A DNA stretch of 64,000 bases from a virus. Of this stretch, positions 9,243 through 19,447 are shown piece after piece (within the stretch, counting starts at the first letter, position 1; the number at the start of each line of letters is the position of its first letter). Location: positions 32,001 to 96,000 of the IMG/VR virus record IMGVR_UViG_3300008117_000025; one strand, 5' to 3'. A model generated the notes under the pieces. It had not been told where the DNA came from. It did no database searches and saw only the letters and a program-made list of their open reading frames with translations. The position numbers were made by a program, and so were the translations under genes.

Positions 9243-9581
9243 TTATTTCCAAAATAATTGTATTAAAATTATGCAAACTCCTAGGCCCAAACAAGTAAGT
9301 GTTTTAAGTGTTAAAGGTTCTCTAAATAAATAATGAGACATAAATGTAAATACTACTACTCCTATTCCAAAGCCTATTAAACGTGATGGCCATATTGCAC
9401 CGTCATATGCTTCTACAAAGTTTCTTACTGATGCCATAAAGACGTATGATATAGGGACTCCTAAAAATGCAGTTAAAATTGGATGATTTTTAAACCATTC
9501 TATTTTTAATTGTCCTTGTAACTGGACAAATGTAAGTATTTGGGCTAAAGTTCCAAGTAATATTCCGTATAGTATTTTCAT
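9243..9581 (-). CDS. 4-TM small membrane protein, DMT/SMR-like
   Basis: 112 aa with four hydrophobic segments and the C-terminal LFREPLTLKTLTCLGL pattern typical of DMT/SMR proteins. Confidence 0.6.
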   Translation of the reverse strand: MKILYGILLGTLAQILTFVQLQGQLKIEWFKNHPILTAFLGVPISYVFMASVRNFVEAYDGAIWPSRLIGFGIGVVVFTFMSHYLFREPLTLKTLTCLGLGVCIILIQLFWK

Positions 9582-12157
9582 TATATAAATTTAAAGAATT
9601 TATTTACTTTATCATTTAATGAGGGGAAATTCCATCCTAAATCCTCATAAATGCCTTTTAGTTTATTTAGTAGTGCTGATTCAAATCCCTCTTCCCTATC
9701 AGCAAATTCATCAATTAATTTAACAATGAAATCAGGATCATTGCCTGTAAATCCAATTACATCAATATTGTATGGATTGGTTTTTAATTGAATATATTTC
9801 ATTTTATCACCAACAGTAAACAATGGATATTGTTTTTGTACTTTTCTAAATTTAAGTAAGTCGTTATAGTAGATAGCTGCTTTAGTATTGATTGGGCATT
9901 TTAATTTTAATGTTGAAAATATTTCACCTGTTTTAGGAGCACGCTCAATATATGATTCTATATTCTTTACTCCTGTTGGTTTAGCTACCTCTTCAATAGG
10001 CATTGTTTTAACATATTTTTTAAAATCAATTATTTGCTGGTCGATTTCTGCTTTGGGTTTACCAAACATAATATCTTGAATTAGTTTCTCTCCAAATTTA
10101 GAATACATTGGAGTCATATTTGATTTCATCAAATCTAATCCTTTCATATCTAATTCATCAACAGTAACACCTTCTTTATTTACAATGTACATTGCATAAC
10201 GACGTTTACCTGCGAAATATCCCCTTTCAATAATTACCTCTTGCTTTAATTCAAAATAATGATCACGTTTACCTACATTAAAGTATTCTCTAGTTACACG
10301 ATTAATATTATCGTTTGCTGCTTTCTGTATTTCAGTAGTAATTTCTAGTGTTGCTTTAATATATTCATCCTTAGTTTTAGTTTCTGGGTAGCGTTGTAGT
10401 ACTAGATCCTTAACTTGAATGAATAGTGAATCGGTATCTGATGTTACAACGTAGTCTTTATCTTCAGTACCTAGTTGTTTATTCATCCATTCATTACAGA
10501 ATTTAATTGATTCTTGAGTTACACGTTGACCTGTTAATGTAATGGCTTTAGATATCATTTTATGACCATCAGTATAGCGCCAACCATTAATAGCATAACA
10601 ACCATAAACGTCATTTAATTTAATTTTATATGCGTGTTGTCTACGATTATAGAATTCACCTTTAACAGCATCACCTGATTTGTATGCTTTTTTCATTGCA
10701 TTTTTGTATTCAACGCGTTTGTTAAACCAATCCGTTAATACATCACATACTACTGATGAGCGATCTGTTCTAAACATAGCACCTGATGCTGCTAGTAACC
10801 AATTGTTTTCTTTAATAAGAGCAATTAGTGTTCCTACTTTTACAGTTGCTTGTTGTGTAGTTTGCTTTGGGGTTAGTTTTTCAATTGTAATTACATCTTC
10901 AGGATCCATTTGTTTTAGATCATCTAATGTCCAATTATTATCGTATTTATCTTTATTTACAATACGACCAACGAATGTCTCAATTCCAATATTTAAAGAA
11001 CGAATAATAGACGGATACAACGAGGTAAAGTCCAAATCAATAACCCACTCATATAATCCTGGTACTGGGTCTTTTAAGTAGCCTCCAGCATATTCTTCAT
11101 GTGCTTCTTTTAGTGATGGGTTTGTAGTTGTAGGTTTATTTGGTGAAACTATACCTTGGCGTTTTAGATAAGTAAGGATAGCTCCATCATTTAATACAGT
11201 TGATAGGTAGATCATTTCATAAGGCACATGACACAAATGACAAATAGCAACTGTTAATTCAATAAATTTAAATTTCTTTTCTAATTCAATAATAATTTCT
11301 ACGTCGCGAAGATTATATTCGATAAATTTATTTGGGTCTTCTCTAAATAATCTATCAAGATTACCTTCATAATCTATTTTACCTAAATTAACATATTTAG
11401 TTCCTATATCATTTAATTTATAGGATGGCTCGTTTTTAGGATTATATTTTTTATATAATAATAGATAATCAAGATGATTAATACCTCCTAATTCAATTGG
11501 TTGAGATGTATCCCATTCAGTAAATTTAATTTTGCGAATTGGAGATAAACGAGCAGCCTCATCTCTACCTAATACATTACATATTCTGTAGTAGAGATAT
11601 GGTACGTCAAAGAACCCACTATTCCATCCTGTAATAATAGTAGGGTCAACTGATTCCCATAATTCAAGAAATAGTGATAGTAATTCTTCCTCACTGCTGC
11701 AGGGTACTACTTGTCTATTATCTTCTTTTATTGCTTGTAGTTGCTTTTTCTCATCTAGAATAAGACAATAATATACTTTAGTTGTAGCATCATACAATGA
11801 AATTGAAGTAATTTTCATTGGTGCTGTCTTAATATATTCAGTAGTTAAAGCACCACCAATTTCACACTCAATATCAAAGTAAATAACATTTTGCCACTCA
11901 GGAGTGTCGTCACTATCTTTATACTTATCAATTAGTACTGCTGTTAGACGATCAATGTCTGATTCGTATAGATGGTTGTCATTCCATTCATATTTGGTAA
12001 CTACTTTTGCTAGTTTACCGTCTAATGTTGGAATAGTACCATTACTATCTATTTGATAGCGAGGGATAGTGTATTGAAATTCACTCCATCCATTTTTATC
12101 ATCACGTAAATGAAATTTGTAGTTCGGTTTCCCGTCGTAGTAGATTGCTTGATACAT
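9581..12157 (-). CDS. polB: family B DNA polymerase with 3'-5' exonuclease
   Basis: Exo motifs FDIECE, GWNSGFFDVPY and YNLRDV. Pol motifs DLDFTSLYPS, KIKLNDVYG, SDTDS and KRRY. No intein-sized insertion (858 aa). Confidence 0.96.
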   Translation of the reverse strand: MYQAIYYDGKPNYKFHLRDDKNGWSEFQYTIPRYQIDSNGTIPTLDGKLAKVVTKYEWNDNHLYESDIDRLTAVLIDKYKDSDDTPEWQNVIYFDIECEIGGALTTEYIKTAPMKITSISLYDATTKVYYCLILDEKKQLQAIKEDNRQVVPCSSEEELLSLFLELWESVDPTIITGWNSGFFDVPYLYYRICNVLGRDEAARLSPIRKIKFTEWDTSQPIELGGINHLDYLLLYKKYNPKNEPSYKLNDIGTKYVNLGKIDYEGNLDRLFREDPNKFIEYNLRDVEIIIELEKKFKFIELTVAICHLCHVPYEMIYLSTVLNDGAILTYLKRQGIVSPNKPTTTNPSLKEAHEEYAGGYLKDPVPGLYEWVIDLDFTSLYPSIIRSLNIGIETFVGRIVNKDKYDNNWTLDDLKQMDPEDVITIEKLTPKQTTQQATVKVGTLIALIKENNWLLAASGAMFRTDRSSVVCDVLTDWFNKRVEYKNAMKKAYKSGDAVKGEFYNRRQHAYKIKLNDVYGCYAINGWRYTDGHKMISKAITLTGQRVTQESIKFCNEWMNKQLGTEDKDYVVTSDTDSLFIQVKDLVLQRYPETKTKDEYIKATLEITTEIQKAANDNINRVTREYFNVGKRDHYFELKQEVIIERGYFAGKRRYAMYIVNKEGVTVDELDMKGLDLMKSNMTPMYSKFGEKLIQDIMFGKPKAEIDQQIIDFKKYVKTMPIEEVAKPTGVKNIESYIERAPKTGEIFSTLKLKCPINTKAAIYYNDLLKFRKVQKQYPLFTVGDKMKYIQLKTNPYNIDVIGFTGNDPDFIVKLIDEFADREEGFESALLNKLKGIYEDLGWNFPSLNDKVNKFFKFI

Positions 12158-12163
12158 AACCCT

Positions 12164-12195
12164 TAAATATACTAAATTACTTTGACAAAGCCAAA
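12164..12195 (-). promoter_or_regulatory. Bacteroidota-type sigma70 promoter upstream of polB
   Basis: Coding strand reads TTTG-N20-TATATTTA, ending 6 nt before the ATG. Compare the Bacteroidota consensus TTTG-N19-21-TAnnTTTG. Confidence 0.6.
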
Positions 12196-12198
12196 ATA

Positions 12199-12567
12199 TT
12201 AAACTTCATCTACTACATTAAAGGATATACCTGAGTTAGCAAATATATTTCTAGACAATTCAAAGATTGTAGTACCGGAGGAAGGACAAGCATCATTTCC
12301 AGATGCCCAATAAAATCCATATTGTGTTGATGTATTATTAGGATCTACTATTCTAACACGAATATTATTTACACTAGTACCTTGAGAAGCTTCTAAAGTA
12401 CAAGTAAAGTTATTAATTAAACTACCTATTAAATTAAATGTACTACCATTATCTACAGATACATAGAATTGTGGATCTATGCCTGGAGGATTTGTTGAGT
12501 CTAGTCGGCCATATAGGCTCACAGTATAGGTTACAGCAGCAGGTTGTATCCATATTTTAAAAGGCAT
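12199..12567 (-). CDS. hypothetical protein, probably virion-associated
   Basis: 122 aa, beta-rich and N/S/T-rich. Last gene of the fibre cluster. Confidence 0.6.
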   Translation of the reverse strand: MPFKIWIQPAAVTYTVSLYGRLDSTNPPGIDPQFYVSVDNGSTFNLIGSLINNFTCTLEASQGTSVNNIRVRIVDPNNTSTQYGFYWASGNDACPSSGTTIFELSRNIFANSGISFNVVDEV

Positions 12568-12578
12568 AAAGATATAAT

Positions 12579-13160
12579 TTAAGTATAATCAGGTAAAATT
12601 ACAAAATATAGATATTGTCCTTTATTAGAATCATAAGTATAGTTGTAATTAAAATTTAAATTTAATGGAGTTGATAAAGATTCTGTTATTGTTGTGGCAG
12701 ATCCTGAGCCACTTCCATTATTGCTCCAGGGTTTTCCATAAAAAACATACATTCTCGATACACCGTAATTATTACTCCCAGATATATTAATAGACCATGT
12801 TGTATTTGAAGTACCAGCATCTATAATCAACATTGTTGATGGAATAATAGAAGTATCATAAGTAAAATGGGATTGTAAAGTACCAGTTACTGAAGAGGAA
12901 ATATAGAGTGTACGGTCATACCCATACCAGGCGGACATTGATAGATTCTGTTTACTCATAGTAACAGGATTGCCGGAAAGAGACCATCTAGAACCAGAGG
13001 AAAGATAATTTATAGGTGTATAAACACCAGAATTAGGGTAATAGGTACTAAATTGACTTCCAGCAGCCCATTCACTAAAGGCATAATTAGATAATGAACT
13101 TTGAGACATCTCTGTCCTTACATCATTAAATGATATTTGTCCGCTATTTGGTAATGCCAT
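12579..13160 (-). CDS. fibre-associated protein
   Basis: The N-terminus MALPNSGQISFNDVRTEM is of the type commonly found directly after S74-containing fibre genes. Overlaps the fibre stop. Confidence 0.6.
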   Translation of the reverse strand: MALPNSGQISFNDVRTEMSQSSLSNYAFSEWAAGSQFSTYYPNSGVYTPINYLSSGSRWSLSGNPVTMSKQNLSMSAWYGYDRTLYISSSVTGTLQSHFTYDTSIIPSTMLIIDAGTSNTTWSINISGSNNYGVSRMYVFYGKPWSNNGSGSGSATTITESLSTPLNLNFNYNYTYDSNKGQYLYFVILPDYT

Positions 13161-16100
13161 TTACCTTCAATTTTAATTCATTAATTTGTGTTTGTTGTTC
13201 CTTAATTGCTTCAACTAACAAACCTACCATTTTAGAATAATCTAACGCTAAATATCCATCTTCTCTTTCTATTACTATCTCAGGTAATACTTCTTGTACT
13301 TCCTGAGCTATCAATCCTATGCTTGGAGTTGATTTGGTTACTTCACCTGCATTATCATTCCACTTCCATTTAACACCATTTAGTTTTAATAGTTTATCTA
13401 AGGCGTTTATAATAGGAGTGACATCATCTTTTAAGCGTTTATCTGAGGAGGAGAAGGCTGTTATGTCACCGGTTGCTGTAATAGCTCCTGTTACTGCTAG
13501 TGTAGACCCATTAAATGTTAAGTTAGTTTCAGCAACAGCAGCATTTGAACTTCCATCAGAAGTTAATACTCTATTATCACTAGCATTTGATATTGTAGTA
13601 AATCCAGTGCCGCTTGAACCGCTTGAACCGCTTGAACCAGGTGAACCAGGAGAACCCGTGTTACCACTAGTGCCGCTTGATCCACTTGAACCAGGTGAAC
13701 CAGGAGAACCCGTGTTACCGCTAGTACCGCTTGAGCCACTTGATCCACTTGAACCAGGTGAACCAGGAGAACCCGTGTTACCGCTAGTACCGCTTGAGCC
13801 ACTTGATCCTCTTGTACCGCTAGTACCACTTGAACCACTAGAACCTGTTTGTCCACTTGTTCCACTAGAACCAGCTGAACCTGCAGAGCCACTAGTACCA
13901 CTTGAACCGCTTGATCCAGCAGTACCGCTTGAGCCTGGTGAGCCAGGAGAACCTGTATTACCACTAGTACCGCTTGAGCCTGGTGAGCCAGGAGCGCCAT
14001 TAGCACCGCTAGTACCACTTGAGCCACTTAAGCCACTAGTACCGCTTGAGCCAGGAGCACCATTAGCACCGCTTGTACCACTTGATCCAGGAGCACCATT
14101 AGCACCGCTTGTACCACTTGAACCACTTGTACCACTAGTACCGCTTGATCCGCTTGAACCGCTAGTACCGCTTGAGCCACTTAAACCACTAGTACCACTT
14201 GAGCCGTTTTGACCACTTGTACCGCTTGAACCGCTTGCACCATTTTGACCACTTGTACCGCTTGAACCATTAACTCCACTAGTACCACTTGAGCCAGCTG
14301 AACCACTAGTACCACTTGAGCCACTTGATCCGCTTGTGCCACTTGAGCCGTTTTGACCTGAAGTACCGCTTGAACCGTTTTGACCTGAAGTACCACTTGA
14401 GCCATTTTGGCCGCTAGTACCGCTAGAGCCAGATGAGCCAGCTGAGCCTGAGGTTCCACTCGATCCGCTAGTACCGCTAGAGCCATTAGCTCCACTAGTA
14501 CCACTAGAACCAGAAGTTCCTGAACTTCCACTTGTTCCTGATGTTCCAGAACTTCCACTTGTTCCTGATGTTCCAGAACTACCAGAGGTGCCACTACTTC
14601 CGTTTTGGCCTGAAGTGCCACTTGAGCCATTCTGACCTGAAGTGCCGCTTGAACCTGATGTTCCAGATGAACCGGGTTGACCAGGAACACCTCCTACATT
14701 TATTTGCCAATCAGTATAAGGTCCACCAGATCCAAAAGTTGTTGTAACATTTATAATTAATTGATTAGTACCTGAAGTATAACTTGTAACAGTTCCTTCC
14801 ATTCTAGTAGCATAATCTGCTGCTCTTGCTGCAATTACAGTTTGGCCATTTGTGTATGCTAAACCAGCTGTAGTTACAGTGAATGTTTTACTTCCAGTTC
14901 CTATTGATTGAGATGTAGTAGAAGTTGTAGCGTATTTGTCTCCGTTCTGACCAGAGGTACCAGCTGAACCTGATGAACCACTAGTTCCTGATGAACCACT
15001 AGTTCCTGATGAACCTGAAGAACCTGAGGTGCCGCTTGAACCGCTTGATCCGCTTGTGCCGCTTGAGCCGTTTTGACCGCTAGTGCCGCTTGAGCCATTT
15101 TGACCTGAAGTACCGCTTGAGCCACTTAAGCCACTAGTACCGCTTGAGCCAGCTGAGCCACTAGTACCGCTTGAGCCAGCTGAGCCACTAGTACCGCTTG
15201 AGCCACTAGAACCACTAGAACCACTAGTACCACTTGAGCCATTTTGGCCTGATGTGCCGCTAGAGCCATTTTGACCTGATGTGCCGCTTGAACCATTGGC
15301 TCCACTAGTACCACTTGAGCCAGCTGAACCGCTAGTACCGCTTGAGCCATTTTGGCCTGATGTGCCGCTAGAGCCATTTTGACCTGATGTACCACTTGAG
15401 CCGTTAGCCCCTGATGTACCGCTTGAACCGCTAGAGCCATTAGCTCCACTAGTACCGCTTGAACCATTTTGACCAGAAGTACCACTAGAGCCTCTTGTGC
15501 CACTTGAACCGCTTGAGCCGCTTGATCCGCTTGTGCCGCTTGAACCGTTCTGGCCTGATGTACCACTTGATCCATTTTGACCACTAGTACCGCTAGAACC
15601 GTTTTGGCCTGATGTGCCACTTGATCCACTCGTACCGCTTGAACCACTTGAGCCGGCTGAGCCGTTGGTACCACTTGAACCACTTGAGCCACTTGTTCCG
15701 GATGAACCATTTTGACCTGAAGTACCGCTTGAGCCATTAGCTCCTGAGGTACCTGATGAGCCGTTTTGGCCGCTTGTGCCGCTTGAGCCGTTTTGGCCGC
15801 TAGTACCGCTTGAACCACTTGTTCCACTAGTACCGCTTGAACCACTTGTTCCACTAGTACCGCTTGAGCCACTTAAGCCACTAGTACCGCTTGAACCACT
15901 AGAACCACTTGAGCCAGATGATCCATTTACTCCACTAGTACCAGATGAACCACTTAAGCCACTAGTACCGCTTGAACCACTTGAGCCGGCTGAACCGCTA
16001 GTACCACTTGAGCCACTTGATCCCCTAGTTCCTGAGGAACCACTTGAGCCAGAAGTGCCACTTGATCCACTTGAGCCACTGCTACCACTTGTACCTGATG

Positions 16101-19100
16101 TACCAAATGATAAACCTGAGGTGCCTGAAGAACCTGTAGAACCAGCTGTACCTGATGAACCAGCTGTACCAGATGATCCTGGGGCTCCTTGGCCTACTAA
16201 TACATTTCCTAATACTCCGTACACGCGTAGGCTATAGACTGCCCAAGTACCAGCAGTAATAGAAGATACTGCTATTGTAACGTTACCACCTGAAGTTAAT
16301 GCTTCAGAATATTTTGCAGGTGCTCTGTATATTGCAGTATCACCATTACCAGAAGCCAAGTGTTCTAACGTAATTGTTTCTTTAACAGATCCACTATATG
16401 ATAATGTAAATACTATTGTTACGTCTTGAGCCGAGGTTGCTGTTAATCCTATCTCAGCTTCAGCTATAATATTGGAATAATTGTTAGAAGGTACAGTGTA
16501 TGTTTTGATATTAGCATTTGTGCCTGTGCCTGTATTAGTTGTTTCATCAGCATATAATAATACAGTTGAACCTGTTAAGTTAACTGTTGTTGCTCCTACA
16601 ATATATGAAGCAGACACTGCATATGATGCTGTGTTTGCAAATGATGCTGTGCCAGATAAAGATCCTGTAAATCCTTGAGTTGAAGTGGTTGAACCACTAA
16701 CAACTAAACTACCTGTTATAGTTGCAGAACCAGTATATGGGAATGAAGCACCTGCATTTAATGCATAAGATGATGTAGCAGCATATGAAGATGTACCTAA
16801 TAGGCTACCTGTAAAGCTATTAGCAATTATAGAACCTGTTATATTAAAGGTGCCACTTACAAAGCTCATACTAACAGAAGCGGTTGCTGCATTTGTGCTA
16901 CCATCTGACAATAATATTCTTCCAATAGCTGGGGTGTTGATTGTTTCAAATCCTACACCGCTTGTGCCACTTGTACCACTTGATCCTCTTGTACCACTTG
17001 AACCTGAAGATCCAGCAGATCCAGATGAGCCGGAGGTACCGCTTGAACCATTAGCACCGCTTGTTCCAGATGATCCAGATGTACCGCTTGATCCGCTAGT
17101 ACCAGTAGAACCACTTGTACCTGTAGAGCCGCTTGTTCCACTTGATCCACTTAAACCGCTTGTACCACTAGAGCCAGTTTGACCACTAGTACCGGATGAA
17201 CCGGTTTGACCACTAGTACCACTTGAACCGCTTGTACCAGATAAACCACTTGTACCTGTAGAGCCGCTTGTTCCACTTGATCCACTTAAACCGCTTGTAC
17301 CACTAGAGCCAGTTTGACCACTAGTACCACTTGAACCGCTTGTACCGCTTGAGCCACTTGAGCCACTAGTACCGCTTGAACCTCTTGTTCCACTAGTACC
17401 ACTAGAACCACTAGTACCACTTGAGCCACTTAATCCACTAGTACCACTAGAACCGCTTATGCCGCTAGAACCACTTGAACCACTTGTTCCGCTTGATCCA
17501 CTAGTACCGCTTGATCCACTTGAACCACCTGTTCCGCTTGATCCGCTTGAGCCACTAGTACCGCTTGATCCGCTAGTACCGCTTGAGCCACTTGAACCAC
17601 TCGTTCCAGATAACCCACTTGTACCTGCTGAACCACTTGATCCGCTAGTGCCGCTTGAGCCACTTGAGCCACTTGTTCCGGATGAGCCAGATGAGCCTGA
17701 AGTGCCAGATGAACCTGAACTACCATTAGCTCCTGAAGTACCAGAGCTACCTGAGCTACCGTCACCACCAGAAGCGCCTGCAAGGTTTACTTCCCAGCTA
17801 GTATATGTTCCTGATCCTATAACTAAATTAGGAGTTCCGTATGTTAATAATCCATTAGATGGATTGTAAGATTCAACAGGAACTTCTTGATAATTAGTAA
17901 GATTATATGCAAGAATTGCTGTTTGAGCAATTGAATATGCTAAATTAATTCCAACAGTTAAACTTCCACTTAGTCCTAATGTTACAGAACTTGTAGATGA
18001 TGTTAAGTATCTATCTCCTGATAAGCCAGCTGTGCCTGAGGAACCAGATGAGCCAGAGCTACCGCTAGTTCCTGAACTACCTGAAGTACCATTAGTACCA
18101 CTTGAGCCGGAGCTACCACTAGTTCCTGAGCTTCCACTTGAGCCTGAGGTGCCGCTTGAGCCATTTTGGCCTGAAGTACCGCTTGAGCCACTTGATCCAG
18201 AAGTACCTGCTGAACCAGATGTACCTGCTGAGCCCGAAGAACCAGTTGAGCCTGATGTACCACTTGAACCACTTGTACCACTTGACCCAGATGTACCGCT
18301 TGAACCGCTTGAACCTGAGGTACCGGTTGAACCAGAAGTACCGGATGAGCCCGAAGAACCAGTTGAGCCTGATGTACCACTTGTACCTGATTCTCCTGAA
18401 GTGCCTGAGGAGCCACTAGAACCTGTTGTACCACTTGAACCTGAAGAGCCTGAAGTGCCTGTTGAACCAGATGTACCTGCTGAGCCTGAAGAGCCAGTTG
18501 TACCAGATGAACCGCTTGTGCCTGATTCTCCTGAAGTACCTGTTGATCCGCTAGTACCACTAGAGCCTGAAGTGCCGCTTGAACCTGTAGTACCACTTGA
18601 GCCGCTAGAGCCACTTAAGCCTGATGTACCACTTGAACCACTTGTACCACTGGTACCGTTTGTACCGCTTGAGCCACTTGTACCTGATTCTCCACTTGTA
18701 CCTGATTCACCACTAGTGCCAGAAGAACCTGCAGTACCTGAAGTGCCTTGTACTAATAATTCCCAGTTAGGATTAGATGTAGGAACAGCACTTCCTGCTG
18801 GTATATCTATAGTTGCTATATATGAAGATTCATTGTAGTAGGTAAGATCATTTATAATATAGTTAGTATAATCATTCCATTCTCCTTTCCATGCAAGTCC
18901 AGTACCTGCTGCACCCGGTATACCTGTTAAGCGAATTGACCAGTTACAACACTCACCTGTTCCTTCAAAACTATATGGTTTAAAATTAAGATTTCCCGTT
19001 GTTGGGTTATAAGATATAACTTCACCTGTTATTACATTACAATTATCATTACAGATTAATTGAATAAAATCACCAGCACCAAATGAAAGATCTGTACTAG

Positions 19101-19179
19101 TAGTTATTGTTAAATCACAATAATTACTAGTTTCACAAGATCCAGAAGAAACACAACAATCATCTATAATTCGGGACAT
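13144..19179 (-). CDS. giant tail fibre/spike with Ser/Thr collagen-like Gly-X-Y repeats and a C-terminal S74 intramolecular chaperone (2011 aa)
   Basis: Four GSS/GTS blocks (about 18020-18750, 16955-17770, 14940-16190, 13605-14690) separated by globular domains. C-terminus ATGDITAFSSSDKRLKDDV...IGLIAQEVQEVLPE...LDYSKMVGLLVEAIKE is a peptidase_S74 domain with the S-D-x-R-L-K autocleavage site at about 13446. Confidence 0.9.
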   Translation of the reverse strand: MSRIIDDCCVSSGSCETSNYCDLTITTSTDLSFGAGDFIQLICNDNCNVITGEVISYNPTTGNLNFKPYSFEGTGECCNWSIRLTGIPGAAGTGLAWKGEWNDYTNYIINDLTYYNESSYIATIDIPAGSAVPTSNPNWELLVQGTSGTAGSSGTSGESGTSGESGTSGSSGTNGTSGTSGSSGTSGLSGSSGSSGTTGSSGTSGSSGTSGSTGTSGESGTSGSSGTTGSSGSAGTSGSTGTSGSSGSSGTTGSSGSSGTSGESGTSGTSGSTGSSGSSGTSGSTGTSGSSGSSGTSGSSGTSGSSGTSGSTGSSGSAGTSGSAGTSGSSGSSGTSGQNGSSGTSGSSGSSGTSGSSGSSGTNGTSGSSGTSGSSGSSGSSGTAGLSGDRYLTSSTSSVTLGLSGSLTVGINLAYSIAQTAILAYNLTNYQEVPVESYNPSNGLLTYGTPNLVIGSGTYTSWEVNLAGASGGDGSSGSSGTSGANGSSGSSGTSGSSGSSGTSGSSGSSGTSGSSGSAGTSGLSGTSGSSGSSGTSGSSGTSGSSGSSGTGGSSGSSGTSGSSGTSGSSGSSGISGSSGTSGLSGSSGTSGSSGTSGTRGSSGTSGSSGSSGTSGSSGTSGQTGSSGTSGLSGSSGTSGSTGTSGLSGTSGSSGTSGQTGSSGTSGQTGSSGTSGLSGSSGTSGSTGTSGSTGTSGSSGTSGSSGTSGANGSSGTSGSSGSAGSSGSSGTRGSSGTSGTSGVGFETINTPAIGRILLSDGSTNAATASVSMSFVSGTFNITGSIIANSFTGSLLGTSSYAATSSYALNAGASFPYTGSATITGSLVVSGSTTSTQGFTGSLSGTASFANTASYAVSASYIVGATTVNLTGSTVLLYADETTNTGTGTNANIKTYTVPSNNYSNIIAEAEIGLTATSAQDVTIVFTLSYSGSVKETITLEHLASGNGDTAIYRAPAKYSEALTSGGNVTIAVSSITAGTWAVYSLRVYGVLGNVLVGQGAPGSSGTAGSSGTAGSTGSSGTSGLSFGTSGTSGSSGSSGSSGTSGSSGSSGTRGSSGSSGTSGSAGSSGSSGTSGLSGSSGTSGVNGSSGSSGSSGSSGTSGLSGSSGTSGTSGSSGTSGTSGSSGTSGQNGSSGTSGQNGSSGTSGANGSSGTSGQNGSSGTSGSSGSSGTNGSAGSSGSSGTSGSSGTSGQNGSSGTSGQNGSSGTSGQNGSSGTSGSSGSSGSSGTRGSSGTSGQNGSSGTSGANGSSGSSGTSGANGSSGTSGQNGSSGTSGQNGSSGTSGSAGSSGTSGANGSSGTSGQNGSSGTSGQNGSSGTSGSSGSSGSSGTSGSAGSSGTSGSAGSSGTSGLSGSSGTSGQNGSSGTSGQNGSSGTSGSSGSSGTSGSSGSSGTSGSSGTSGSSGSAGTSGQNGDKYATTSTTSQSIGTGSKTFTVTTAGLAYTNGQTVIAARAADYATRMEGTVTSYTSGTNQLIINVTTTFGSGGPYTDWQINVGGVPGQPGSSGTSGSSGTSGQNGSSGTSGQNGSSGTSGSSGTSGTSGSSGTSGTSGSSGTSGSSGTSGANGSSGTSGSSGTSGSAGSSGSSGTSGQNGSSGTSGQNGSSGTSGQNGSSGTSGSSGSSGTSGSAGSSGTSGVNGSSGTSGQNGASGSSGTSGQNGSSGTSGLSGSSGTSGSSGSSGTSGTSGSSGTSGANGAPGSSGTSGANGAPGSSGTSGLSGSSGTSGANGAPGSPGSSGTSGNTGSPGSPGSSGTAGSSGSSGTSGSAGSAGSSGTSGQTGSSGSSGTSGTRGSSGSSGTSGNTGSPGSPGSSGSSGSSGTSGNTGSPGSPGSSGSSGTSGNTGSPGSPGSSGSSGSSGTGFTTISNASDNRVLTSDGSSNAAVAETNLTFNGSTLAVTGAITATGDITAFSSSDKRLKDDVTPIINALDKLLKLNGVKWKWNDNAGEVTKSTPSIGLIAQEVQEVLPEIVIEREDGYLALDYSKMVGLLVEAIKEQQTQINELKLKVNGITK

Positions 19180-19206
19180 CTATATTGATTTTTATTTTAC
19201 ATTACT

Positions 19207-19410
19207 TTAAAAAGGTGGAACATCACATAATGTTTTTGATATTATTTCACCACATCCTCCTGAAACTGTATAACAATAGGTACCATCTGAATAGAAATTA
19301 TCTGGTACAGGTGAATTAAAGGAAGAGTCGGTGTATATAAAACTACCAACATTAAGTATTATAGATCTACTATAAAAACATCCATAAATTGGAACAAAAA
19401 TAGGGCCCAT
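19207..19410 (-). CDS. small Cys-containing virion-associated protein
   Basis: 67 aa. LNVGSFIYTDSS...YSDGTYCYTV matches an internal module of the next ORF. Confidence 0.55.
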   Translation of the reverse strand: MGPIFVPIYGCFYSRSIILNVGSFIYTDSSFNSPVPDNFYSDGTYCYTVSGGCGEIISKTLCDVPPF

Positions 19411-19447
19411 ATTTATATTTTACAATAATTATTTAAAGTTTATATAT

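Noticed and set aside
648-12200. Short plus-strand ORFs opposite GT4, nuclease, groEL and polB (e.g. 6443..6874, 10680..11081)
   Set aside because: They lie fully antisense to well-conserved genes and have no recognisable motifs.
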